The position numbers and the translations under genes were made by a program. The notes beneath the pieces were generated by a model that saw only the letters and a program-made list of their open reading frames with translations, did not search any database and was not told the origin of the DNA. A stretch of 44,435 nt of DNA from Nemertoderma westbladi (lineage: Eukaryota > Animalia > Xenacoelomorpha). This document shows, one piece after another, positions 1-10,400 of this stretch (positions are counted from its first letter, which is position 1; each line of letters opens with the position of its first letter). Where the stretch lies: NCBI GenBank assembly GCA_032718475.1, contig JAUCBJ010001644.1:1-44435 (forward strand), given 5' to 3'.

Positions 1-2735
1 CGGTTTTCGCAGGAGTCGCCACAGAATCTACACTCACAACTAGCAGAAAGTTCGTGGAACGGTTCAGAGTTACTGCAGAGTTTGTGGTGAAACCCGTGGG
101 AGGTGCACCGGGTTAGTATGTGCCGGTTTCGCTGCCCTGGACGTCTCCAGGTGCGGTTGGTGAACGCGGGACCAAGGGAGTATCTTTCTTCTGTATAGTT
201 TGTTTCGCGTTCATCACGGAAGTTCTGGTAGGCAATTAAAACGTCGTTATTGAATATGGTTGGAGATTTTGAAATTATGTCATTGATGAATGTATCCGTT
301 TCGATTAGATGTAGTGCAAGAGTGGAGGAGGCTGAGGTATGTAGTCCTAACATGCGTTTGACGTGCGCGTTCTTTATTTTATCGAGGTTCTTTAGATGTA
401 TCAGTTTGAGGAATGGGCCGATCTGTTCAATGGCATAAGTAGCAATTGGAGCAATTTTCATATTAAATATTTGCATTCCAGTTTCGACGGATAAAAGTGG
501 GAGGTGGTTGATGGATCCGATGATGCTGTAAGCTGATTTGAGTTTAGAGTTTACATGTACAGTGAAGCTGAGAGATGGTTGTAAAGTGATTCCGAGGTAT
601 TCGTATTCGCTAGAGATTATTACTGGATTGCCGTTGTATGTGAAATTATCATTCTGGGCGAGCCGGCCACCTTTCCTAAATTTTACAACTTTAGTCTTAA
701 CAAGGTTGACATCCATTCCGTTGACGGTACACCAGCTGTGTAGCGCATTGAGGGCTGTCTGGATATCATCACGGTTTTCCGAATAGAAGACAAGGTCGTC
801 CGCGTAGAATATAAATTTAATTAACGATACCGCCCTGCGAATTGCATTGGCTAAGTCGGCAATATATAGGATAAAGCACGTAGGAGATAGGCAATCCCCC
901 TGTAAAACTCCACGTAGTTGTTTAATAATGTTCGACATGGTTAAGCCGTCATAAATTCGGATTGAGTTTGAGGTTAGGGCTTTGATAGTATCATATAGTT
1001 TCCCCTTTATGCCGGCATTGTATAGTTTATATAGAAGAATAGCTCTGCTAATCGAGTCGAAGGCCTTTCTAAAATCCACAAATACGGCGTAGATATGGCG
1101 GTTGTTGCGGCTAGGTGAGTTTAATGCGTTTGCGATGTCAGTTAACAATTCTTTAATTGCAGCCATAGTCGATTTTCCTCGGATGAAGCCGTGTTGCTCG
1201 TTAGGGATTGCATTTGGGTCGATGTTGGTTCGTATTCTATTGTTTATGATAGCCGTTAATGTTTTCAGGAGTACACATAACAGCGCGATGCCGCGGTAGT
1301 TATCGGGGTTTGTGAGAGCGCCTTTACCTTTATATATTATTATAATTATGCTCTCCAGCCAGCCAGAAGGGAGTTTCCCTAGGTTTAGACACGCGTTGTA
1401 CAGTAGTGTTAGAATCGACAGAATGAGTGGGAGGGCAAGCTTCAAGTGCTCGTAGTATAAACGGTCAGGGCCACCGGCTTTGTTGTTTGCTGCCCCTGTT
1501 ATCACTTCTTGCACTTCGTCCTCTGTTATCTCATTGTTATACCATGTATCCTCGTTCCTCTCTCTTTGAGTTGTAGATGGGATGTTAGGGCAGTTAGGTG
1601 GATTGTTGCATGCTCCCAGGAGATTTTGGAAATGGGTTTCCAGCTTTGTAGAGTCAATTGGTGCCACCGTGGCTGTGTGGTTCTTTAGTAGATTCCAAGG
1701 TTTAACTTCGGCTCGGTTTAGTTTCTCGACCAGCTCGGCCTTCTCAAACGCTTCTCGCTTCTCCTTAATTGTCCGCTTATATTGTTTCCTGATTTCCCAG
1801 AACTCTCTTTGTTCGGTTTCAGAATGGTTGCGTCTCAACATCGCATTCATTACGGACGACTTCAATAACTTACAATGTGAGTCAAACCAGGGTTTGCCGC
1901 TATGGGAGGAGTTTAGACGTTTAGTCGTTGAGTTGACTAAGGAGCCAGTGAGGAGTTCCGTAGCAGCATCTAGGTCATTATCGGCTATAAATCTGGAGAA
2001 TAATTCTGTATTTAGGTTTGATGATAAGCAATTTAGATCTAATTTTCGGTTAAGTGGGGCTGGCCTACCAGACAGTGAGTCAGTGGATGGTGGTGGAAGA
2101 TCAATTGATGTACAGACACGCTGGTGTTTTCTTATGGGATCGGTTATCACTTCTGAGGTGGGAATTGGTTGAGGGATTGTAGCGGGGTATTTTATAAACA
2201 TTAGGTCGATGGTGCTTTCACCTTGTGGCGATATATATGTTGGGAGATCAGGATTATTTAGCAGTGTGAACCCGAGCGCGTTGAGGTGGTTGGTGAGGTC
2301 AGAGCCACGGTTTCCTCGATCTAGACGGCAGTTGAAGTCGCCCCCAATAACCGTCGCCACCGAGTCGTCAATATGCGATAGTGCTTCGTTAACCACGAGG
2401 AAGACATCCTGTAGATGCGTATCAGGTTTAAAGTAAAATACTATATAGAAGGAAGAGTTGGTTTTGATTACTATGAACGATTCCGATTGGGCCAGGGCCG
2501 ATGGTTTGTGTTTAGGTTTGCATAGTATCATTAGACCTCCAGAGGGGCGGCCCCGCGCTGGAGCTACTGCAGGTTGATTAAATGTATAGTAGCCGCGGTT
2601 GTTGAATGAGTTTTCAGTGGACATAGTTTCTGTAAATAAGGCTATATCGGCGTTCAGATAGAGTTCTGAGTCTGTTAAGGTATTTGCGAGGTATTTCAGT
2701 CCTTCCACATTCCATAGTGTTATCTTTACCGTTTG
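1..2735 (-). CDS. LINE ORF2: AP endonuclease + reverse transcriptase + C-terminal Cys/His domain (3'-partial, not in ORF track)
   Basis: I read every codon from 2735 to 3 and found no stop (911 codons). Motifs: TLWNVEGL, DIALFTET, GRPSGG, GGDFN, TYI..STIDL, NYRGIALL, QHGFIRGKST, FVDFRKAFDSI, GVLQGDCLSP, FYADDL, HGFHHKLC..CECRFCG. Confidence 0.93.
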
Positions 2736-3566
2736 TCAGTCCTGGTTATTATCCTGTAAACCAGCTTCCGTGGTCTGCGTCTGGTCAGCCATACGAGGTG
2801 TGTAGATCCGTGGGCGGAGACCGAGTGATTTGCGTTCATCATCATTCAGCTTGTAGTTTCTGATCGAGATCCCAACGCCCCATAGTGTTGTGTCCATGAG
2901 AGCATCGCGGTCCTCCTGGTTGCAAATCAGATGGAAGGCAGCATATGTGGCCTCGATATGGGATGGATTGATCTTTATTGCTGTGTCGAATTTTATATTC
3001 TCCGATTTTAGGAAGTCATTAATCTCCTCCACAGTGACTGTGGGTTCCAAGTTACCAATGTAGATGTGGGCCTTTCGCGGCGGATGTGCACGTGGTTGGG
3101 CGGCGCGCAATGGGCCACCTACCCGGCTTCCACGGGATGGAGCTGGGCGGCGGTATTGTGGGGTGTATGAGTTGGCGTTAAGCGAGGTAGTTGCTACTAC
3201 AGGCGTCCCTGTTGTAGCACTTCCAGCATTGATCAGTAGTTGGCGTTGCGGGTTAATGTGCCGGTTTATGGTTGGGCGGGGAGGTTCTATATGCGGTGGG
3301 GTGTTACCTGCTCGGATAACAGATAGCAGTTCGTCCTTTGTGGATAGTGATTCCTTTTGTGCATTGATTGTCTGCTTTCGCGCTTCTGCGAGTTCATTGA
3401 GATTGCCGCTGTACAGTGAGTTCATCGCTGACAGTGATTCGAAGAGGTTCTTCTCATCGTCCTGCGAGACACTCTTCTTCTGTTTGACCAAGCGGAACAG
3501 CGCAATTACCTCCTTTTGGAGCCTCCCGAAGTCAATGGATGCGTCATTGTTGTTGTTAGTGGCCAT
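2736..3566 (-). CDS. LINE ORF1 (predicted coiled coil, Pro/Arg-rich linker, RRM-like domain)
   Basis: 276 aa; helical N-terminus; C-terminal HIYIGNLEPTVTVEEINDFL...YAAFHLI...LMDTTLWGVGISIRNY is typical of RRM-like ORF1s; lies directly upstream of ORF2. Confidence 0.82.
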   Translation of the reverse strand: MATNNNNDASIDFGRLQKEVIALFRLVKQKKSVSQDDEKNLFESLSAMNSLYSGNLNELAEARKQTINAQKESLSTKDELLSVIRAGNTPPHIEPPRPTINRHINPQRQLLINAGSATTGTPVVATTSLNANSYTPQYRRPAPSRGSRVGGPLRAAQPRAHPPRKAHIYIGNLEPTVTVEEINDFLKSENIKFDTAIKINPSHIEATYAAFHLICNQEDRDALMDTTLWGVGISIRNYKLNDDERKSLGLRPRIYTPRMADQTQTTEAGLQDNNQD

Positions 3567-3854
3567 TTTAATGCAGATGAGTGATATAATAATGTAATTA
3601 AAACTATAATATATATAATTAAAATAGTACCGGTCCCACGGGCAGTTTGTACTGTTGTTTGTAGGTAGAAGAATCCAATATATAAAATATATATTAGTTA
3701 TTATTAATATGATATTGATATTATTAATATAATTGTTAATATTTATAATCCATACATATGGAACAACTGAGATACTAGTTAAAATTAAATAATGATGGCC
3801 ATAATGCTCACAATAATGTGACCATGATGCTCACAATAATGTGACCATATAATT

Positions 3855-4970
3855 GATGATGATGATGATGATGATCGGCTTGCACTAGGGTGCAGTGCCG
3901 GCGGCCCCAGAAACATAGCGCCCCCAGATCTTGCGGTCAGCCATACAATTTCCTAATTCATTCCTGTTCTCAAGTCCTGTGTCCTTGAGCAGGCGTTTGA
4001 GGAAAGTCATTGGCTGTCCACCACGTCTATTCTCGCCAGCAGGCTGCCACAGCACAAGGTTGTGTACAGGTTGATCCTGCCGGCGGAAACAGTGCCCAGC
4101 AAGCATTAGACGGCGTTTCTGCAGGGTGATGCTAGGTCTTGGCAATGAGATGTTACCATATTTATATAACACCTCATTGCTTATGTGTGCATCATATGCT
4201 ATGTTGTGCACCCGGCGAAGCATCCTGGTGTATGTGCCATCCAAGGACCTGGTGTCTTCAGCAGTTAGAGCCCAGCATGGGCTGCCATAGAGCAGCACAG
4301 GCTCCACTGCTGCACAGAAAAGGCGTACCTTTAAAGAGCATGAGATGTCAGAGCTCTTCCAGATCCTGGATAGCTTGTGGATGGCGGACCAGGCTTTGCC
4401 TTTGCGAATTCGGAGATCTTCAACAGACCTCCGAACCCATGATCCAAGGTAGCAGAAGTCGTTCACATGACTTACCAGTCCATCCAGCGATTGAATGTTA
4501 TCCCGATCAATTTTCTGCTGATCTGAATCCATGTTTACTGTCAGAATTTTGGTCTTTGTGCTATTCACAAAGAGGCCAACACTAGATGCAGCCTCCTCTA
4601 AGCTAGATAGCAGCTTCTGTGCTCCTTCTAATGTCTCTGATAGTAAACCAAGGTCATCAGCAAAGTCAAGGTCGGTTAGATGTTCTGCTGGGGAACCACG
4701 TCTACGGCTACCTGATGGTGGAGATATTTCCACCCCATCAGCTTCATGAAGATGAGTGATGTCCGCAGCACATAGTCCACCACAATAATGAAGAGGAACG
4801 GGGCTAATGTGTCTCCTTGAAGGACACCCCAGAGAACCTCAAATGGGTCTGTGTCTCCATCAGTAGTGGATACAAAGGTCGTGGAACCGTCATATACTGA
4901 TCTGATTGCATTAATGATCTCATTGGGGATCCCATATGCCTGAAGAATTTGGAACATGCGTGGGCGTGAC
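3855..4970 (-). mobile_element. 5'-truncated RTE-clade LINE (family A), one frameshift, (ATC)n tail
   Basis: ORFs 4676-4972 and 3885-4733 carry GVLQGDTLAPFLFIIVVDYVLR, LDFADD, YLGS, LLYG..W and RRL.LAGHC. (GAT)7 at 3855-3875 lies about 10 bp after the stop. Confidence 0.9.
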
Positions 4971-5041
4971 ACGATAAAATGTAATTAGTTCCATAACTTA
5001 TGTAAAAAAGGATATTCCGTAAATGATTAAAATTTGACGTA

Positions 5042-6700
5042 TTAACTGCGCATTTGGGGTCGATCAGTGGTCATCAGCCAGATTGCTGTTCGTAGGCAGG
5101 ATCTGCAAAGGGGGATAGCCTGGCATTCCAGGTAATGTTGTTTGGTGGTCGCTGAGCAACCACACATCCAGCATTCACAGCAATCAGCTGGCCTCCAACA
5201 ACTGGGATTGGTGCAGATGCGGTGGTGGTATCCATTTGATATCAGCTGTGCGGCATAGCGGCGGCGTAAACTGGAGAGTCCAGTAACGTCTATGTCGGAC
5301 GCGTCTGGATGGTCAATGGCATGGAGGATTGCAGTAGACGAGGCAAACTTGCTGATTCCACACCATAACTTCCAGTAGAACGCTCGCACCCGTTGCACGT
5401 GGTCCAGTTGTGTAATGTCGCTACTCGTGAAAATACTGCACCCGTATGTTGTCGATGGAAGGACGATTGATTGCCATAAACGTTGTGCCGATTGTTGGGA
5501 TACTATACGAAGATTAACTTTTGTAGTGATTAATACACAACTTGATATGCCTTTAGAATACATGTGACCGTAATGCCCGCTAGCCCCATTTTTGGTTGAT
5601 AGGATTACTCCTAAGTATTGAAAACAGTTCTGGAATTCCAATACTTGCCCGTTGTATTCCAGAACATCAGTGCGTGCCAATCTACCTCCACGGCGAAACT
5701 TAATGGCTTTAGTCTTTGTGATATTGACTTCGAGTTTGTTAAGTTTACAATAATCAGCGAGTTTATTCAAACTAGATTGTACGTCTGCGATCGAATCTCC
5801 GACAATTACTAGGTCGTCAGCGTACATTATCACCCAGATAGTAGCGAACACAATGTATGCGGGAAGGTCTGCCATGAAGAGACTAAATAATAGTGGGGAG
5901 AGTTTGTCGCCTTGGACTACTCCAACCGTTTGAGCGATCGGTTCCAACACGTGCACTCCTACGCAGATGCACACGAAGTTTATCGAGATCAAGGCCCAAA
6001 TCGCGCTGATAAACTTTCGGCTCAATCCCACATTCGATAGTTTCATGCAGAGTATCTCGCGGTTTATTGAGTCAAAACATTTCCGGAAGTCTACAAAGAC
6101 GCAATAAACGTGCCTGCCTGCTGGTTGTATAGCGATGTTAATACGGTTATATAAACATCTAACGGCGTCTATCGTAGATCGCGACTTCCTGAACCCGTAT
6201 TGAGCACCAGGGAACGCACTCTGCGCTCTGCCCAGTTGTACAGTCTTGTTGCTAAGATCGACGTGTAGGTTTTTAGCAAACACGAGAGTAACGCAATCCC
6301 GCGGTACTAGTCAGGCGAGGACTTACTTCCCTTCCCTTTGTACAATGGTATTAAGTATGACTTCAGCCATGCAGTGGGACACGTAGCTGCGGCAAAACAT
6401 ATACTAAATATACTTAATAGGTACGGGAGTAAGTGACCGAAACCGAGCTTTAATGATTCCCCTGTGACACCATCTGGGCCCGCAGCTTTATGCTGTTTCT
6501 GTTTGTAGACCGCCTCCGTGATCTCGGCAGGGTCAATTGGTTTATCTAACGCATCGACTGGCTGTTCGGGGATTGTTGGCAGCTGTGGACGAGTATCTGA
6601 AGCGAGTAGCTTCGTGAAATGGGATGACCAGGATTCCTCAGAGACCTGTTGCGCTACGGGTTTAGTTATTGATCGTTTGCCTTTTAGTATATTCCAGAAA
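5042..6700 (-). mobile_element. 5'-truncated, mildly decayed APE-type LINE ORF2 (RT + Cys/His C-terminus)
   Basis: ORF 5042-6283: QYGFRKSRST, FVDFRKCFDSI, GVVQGDKLSP, MYADDL, GYHHRIC..CECWMCG..HYLEC. The upstream frame to about 6700 reads KAAGPDG...LYKGKG..PD*YRGIALL (a stop, then a frameshift). Confidence 0.9.
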
Positions 6701-6781
6701 TTAGTTATTATTTATATATAATAATTAAATAAATATAAATAGAATCCTACAAAGGTGCTTTAATATGTTCTACCAACTTAC

Positions 6782-6981
6782 ACCAAAATTAATTATGTTC
6801 TCTATTGTATAACTATCTCCTTGAATAAGTTTGTGGTCTATAAGATTGTCATTGTTATGCAAACGATCAGTGATATTTGGTATGATTACAAATCCAAAAA
6901 CCATGCACGCCATTGCGATATTAATTCCCACTATCCAACGTAGAAATACAAAGTAAGAGGCAACAACTACACCAAAGTGAC
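6782..6981 (-). CDS. TMC: TMC-family channel, exon encoding the first transmembrane helix
   Basis: (G)HFGVVVASYFVFLRWIVGINIAMACMVFGFVIIP...NIINFG, matching the TMC signature HFG..V.SYF.FLRW. Acceptor ttttgcAG at 6983-6982, donor GTAAGT at 6781. 200 bp, phase 1/0. Confidence 0.95.
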
Positions 6982-7478
6982 CTGCAAAAATGTACAAACA
7001 ATTTGGGATTTCAAATTGTAATTCATTAAAATTTGAAATTCATTACATTCTAGTCTATAATATATTTGTTCCAAATTATTTAAAAACGATACAGATATTA
7101 AAATAATATATTACGTCATTGTTATTAATTACGCTCGTTAGTGTACTATTGTTAAAAAAAACTATTAAGATCTGTCTGCTGATTCTCCACTCTCATGGTA
7201 TACCTAAGCCTCTTACCGACATAAAAAGGCAAGATAACAAAAAATGTAAGTCTGAAGGTAATATAGATGACAGATATTTGAAGTCCGAAAATGGAAGTCA
7301 GACAATAGAAGTCAGTAAAAGGAAACAGCTTGTGGACAGCACAGATGGATCTGATTGTAGGACCAGATTCTAGGATTGAACACATTAATTCTTAAAAATA
7401 CGTGGGCGGGAATGTATAACGAGGAAGACAGACTCGAAGGCCTTTAAGAAGTCTCCAAATAGTCGATAGGAGGCAAAG

Positions 7479-10400
7479 ATGAGAGAGTGGAGAATCACGC
7501 AAATGGGTGGAGTGAATGGAGAATCACGCAAATCCGTGGAGAGAGAGGAGAATCACGCAAATCCGTGGAGTGAATGGAGAATCACGCAAATCCGTGGAGA
7601 GAGAGGAGAATCACGTAAATCCGTGGAGAGAGAGGAGAATCACGCAAATGGGTGGAGTGAATGGAGAATCACGCAAATCCGTGGAGAGAGAGGAGAATCA
7701 CGCAAATCCGTGGAGTGAATGGAGAATCACGCAAATCCGTGGAGAGAGAGGAGAATCACGCAAATCCGTGGAGTGAATGGAGAATCACGCAAATCCGTGG
7801 AGAGAGAGGAGAATCACGTAAATCCGTGGAGAGAGAGGAGAATCACGCAAATGGGTGGAGAGAGTGGAGAATCACGCAAATCCATAGAGAGAGTGGAGAG
7901 TCACGCAAATCCGTGGAGAGAGTGGAGAATCACGTAAATCCGTGGAGAGAGTGGAGAATCACGCAAATCCGTGGAGAGAGTGGAGAATCACGCAAATCCG
8001 TGGAGAGAGTGGAGAATCACGCAAATCCGTGGAGAGAGTGGAGAATCACGCAAATCCGTGGAGAGAGTGGAGAATCACGCAAATCCATAGAGAGAGTGGA
8101 GAGTCACGCAAATCCGTGGAGAGAGTGGAGAATCACGTAAATCCGTGGAGAGAGTGGAGAATCACGCAAATCCGTGGAGAGAGTGGAGAATCACGCAAAT
8201 CCGTGGAGAGAGTGGAGAATCACGCAAATCCGTGGAGAGAGTGGAGAATCACGCAAATCCGTGGAGAGAGTGGAGAATCACGCAAATCCGTGGAGTGAGT
8301 GGAGAATCACGCAAATCCGTGGAGTGAGTGGAGAATCACGCAAATCCGTGGAGAGAGTGGAGAATCACGCAAATCCGTGGAGAGAGTGGAGAATCACGCA
8401 AATCCGTGGAGAGAGTGGAGAATCACGCAAATCCGTGGAGTGAGTGGAGAATCACGCAAATCCGTGGAGAGAGTGGAGAATCACGCAAATCCATAGAGAG
8501 AGTGGAGAGTCACGCAAATCCGTGGAGAGAGTGGAGAATCACGTAAATCCGTGGAGAGAGTGGAGAATCACGCAAATCCGTGGAGAGAGTGGAGAATCAC
8601 GCAAATGGGTGGACAGAGTGGAGAATCACGTAAATCCGTGGAGAGAGTGGAGAATCACGCAAATCCGTGGAGAGAGTGGAGAATCACGCAAAACCGTGGA
8701 GAGAGTGGAGAATCACGCAAATCCGTGGAGTGAGTGGAGAATCACGTAAATCCGTGGAGTGAGTGGAGAATCACGCAAATCCGTGGAGTGAGTGGAGAAT
8801 CACGCAAATCCGTGGAGAGAGTGGAGAATCACGCAAAACCGTGGAGAGAGTGGAGAATCACGCAAATCCGTGGAGTGAGTGGAGAATCACGCAAATCCAT
8901 GGAGAGAGTGGAGAATCACGCAAATCCGTGGAGTGAGTGGAGAATCACGCAAATCCGTGGAGAGAGTGGAGAATCACGCAAATCCGTGGAGAGAGTGGAG
9001 AATCACGCAAATCCATGGAGAGAGTGCAGAATCACGCAAATCCGTGGAGAGAGTGGAGAATCACGCAAAACCGTGGAGAGAGTGGAGAATCATGCAAATC
9101 CGTGGAGAGAGTGGAGAATCACGCAAATCCGTGGAGTGAGTGGAGAATCACGCAAATCCATGGAGAGAGTGGAGAATCACGCAAATCCGTGGAGTGAGTG
9201 GAGAATCACGCAAATCCGTGGAGAGAGTGGAGAATCACGCAAATCCGTGGAGAGAGTGGAGAATCACGCAAATCCGTGGAGAGAGTGGAGAATCACGCAA
9301 ATCCGTGGAGAGAGTGCAGAATCACGCAAATCCGTGGAGAGAGTGGAGAATCACGCAAAACCGTGGAGAGAGTGGAGAATCACGCAAATCCGTGGAGAGA
9401 GTGGAGAATCACGCAAATCCGTGGAGAGAGTGGAGAATCACGCAAATCCGTGGAGTGAGTGGAGAATCACGTAAATCCGTGGAGTGAGTGGAGAATCACG
9501 CAAATCCGTGGAGTGAGTGGATAATTACGCAAATCCGTGGAGAGAGTGGAGAATCACGCAAATCCGTGGAGAGAGTGGAGAATCACGCAAATCCGTGGAG
9601 AGAGTGGAGAATCACGCAAAACCGTGGAGTGAGTGGAGAATCACGCAAATCCATGGAGAGAGTGGAGAATCACGCAAATCCGTGGAGAGAGTGGAGAATC
9701 ACGCAAATCCGTGGAGAGAGTGGAGAATCACGCAAATCCGTGGAGAGAGTGGAGAATCACGCAAATGGGTGGAGAGAGTGGATAATTACGCAAATCCGTG
9801 GAGAGAGTGGAGAATCACGCAAATCCGTGGAGAGAGTGGAGAATCACGCAAATCCGTGGAGAGAGTGGAGAATCACGCAAAACCGTGGAGAGAGTGGAGA
9901 ATCACGCAAATCCGTGGAGAGAGTGGAGAATCACGCAAATCCGTGGAGAGAGTGGAGAATCACGCAAATCCGTGGAGAGAGTGGAGAATCACGCAAATGT
10001 GGAGAGAGTGGAAATCACGCAAATCCGTGGAGTGAGTGGAGAATCACGCAAATCCATGGAGAGAGTGGAGAATCACGCAAATCCGTGGAGTGAGTGGAGA
10101 ATCACGCAAAACCGTGGAGAGAGTGGAGAATCACGCAAATCCGTGGAGAGAGTGGAGAATCACGCAAATCCGTGGAGAGAGTGGAGAATCACGCAAATGG
10201 GTGGAGAGAGTGGATAATTACGCAAATCCGTGGAGAGAGTGGAGAATCACGCAAATCCGTGGAGAGAGTGGAGAATCACGCAAATCCGTGGAGAGAGTGG
10301 AGAATCACGCAAAACCGTGGAGAGAGTGGAGAATCACGCAAATCCGTGGAGTGAGTGGAGAATCACGCAAATCCGTGGAGTGAGTGGACAATCACGCAAA

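Larger units (their letters stand above)
1..3570 (-). mobile_element. Apparently intact two-ORF APE-type LINE (CR1/L2-related group, clade unassigned); 3' end outside the window
   Basis: ORF1 (3566-2736) is followed by an uninterrupted EN-RT-Cys/His ORF2 that runs off the window edge. Confidence 0.93.

Noticed and set aside
2736-2738. Selenocysteine recoding of the ORF1/ORF2 UGA
   Set aside because: The codon sits in an interdomain linker rather than a redox motif, and no SECIS can be assessed because the 3' UTR is outside the window.
250-3597. Plus-strand ORFs at 250, 538, 1102, 1582, 2209 and 3064
   Set aside because: Antisense shadows of the LINE ORFs with no recognisable motifs.
7119-7385. 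ORFs 7119-7373 (+) and 7152-7385 (-) as additional TMC exons or genes
   Set aside because: The exons at 23637 and 6981 already join seamlessly (IE-G-HFG), and these ORFs show no TMC similarity.
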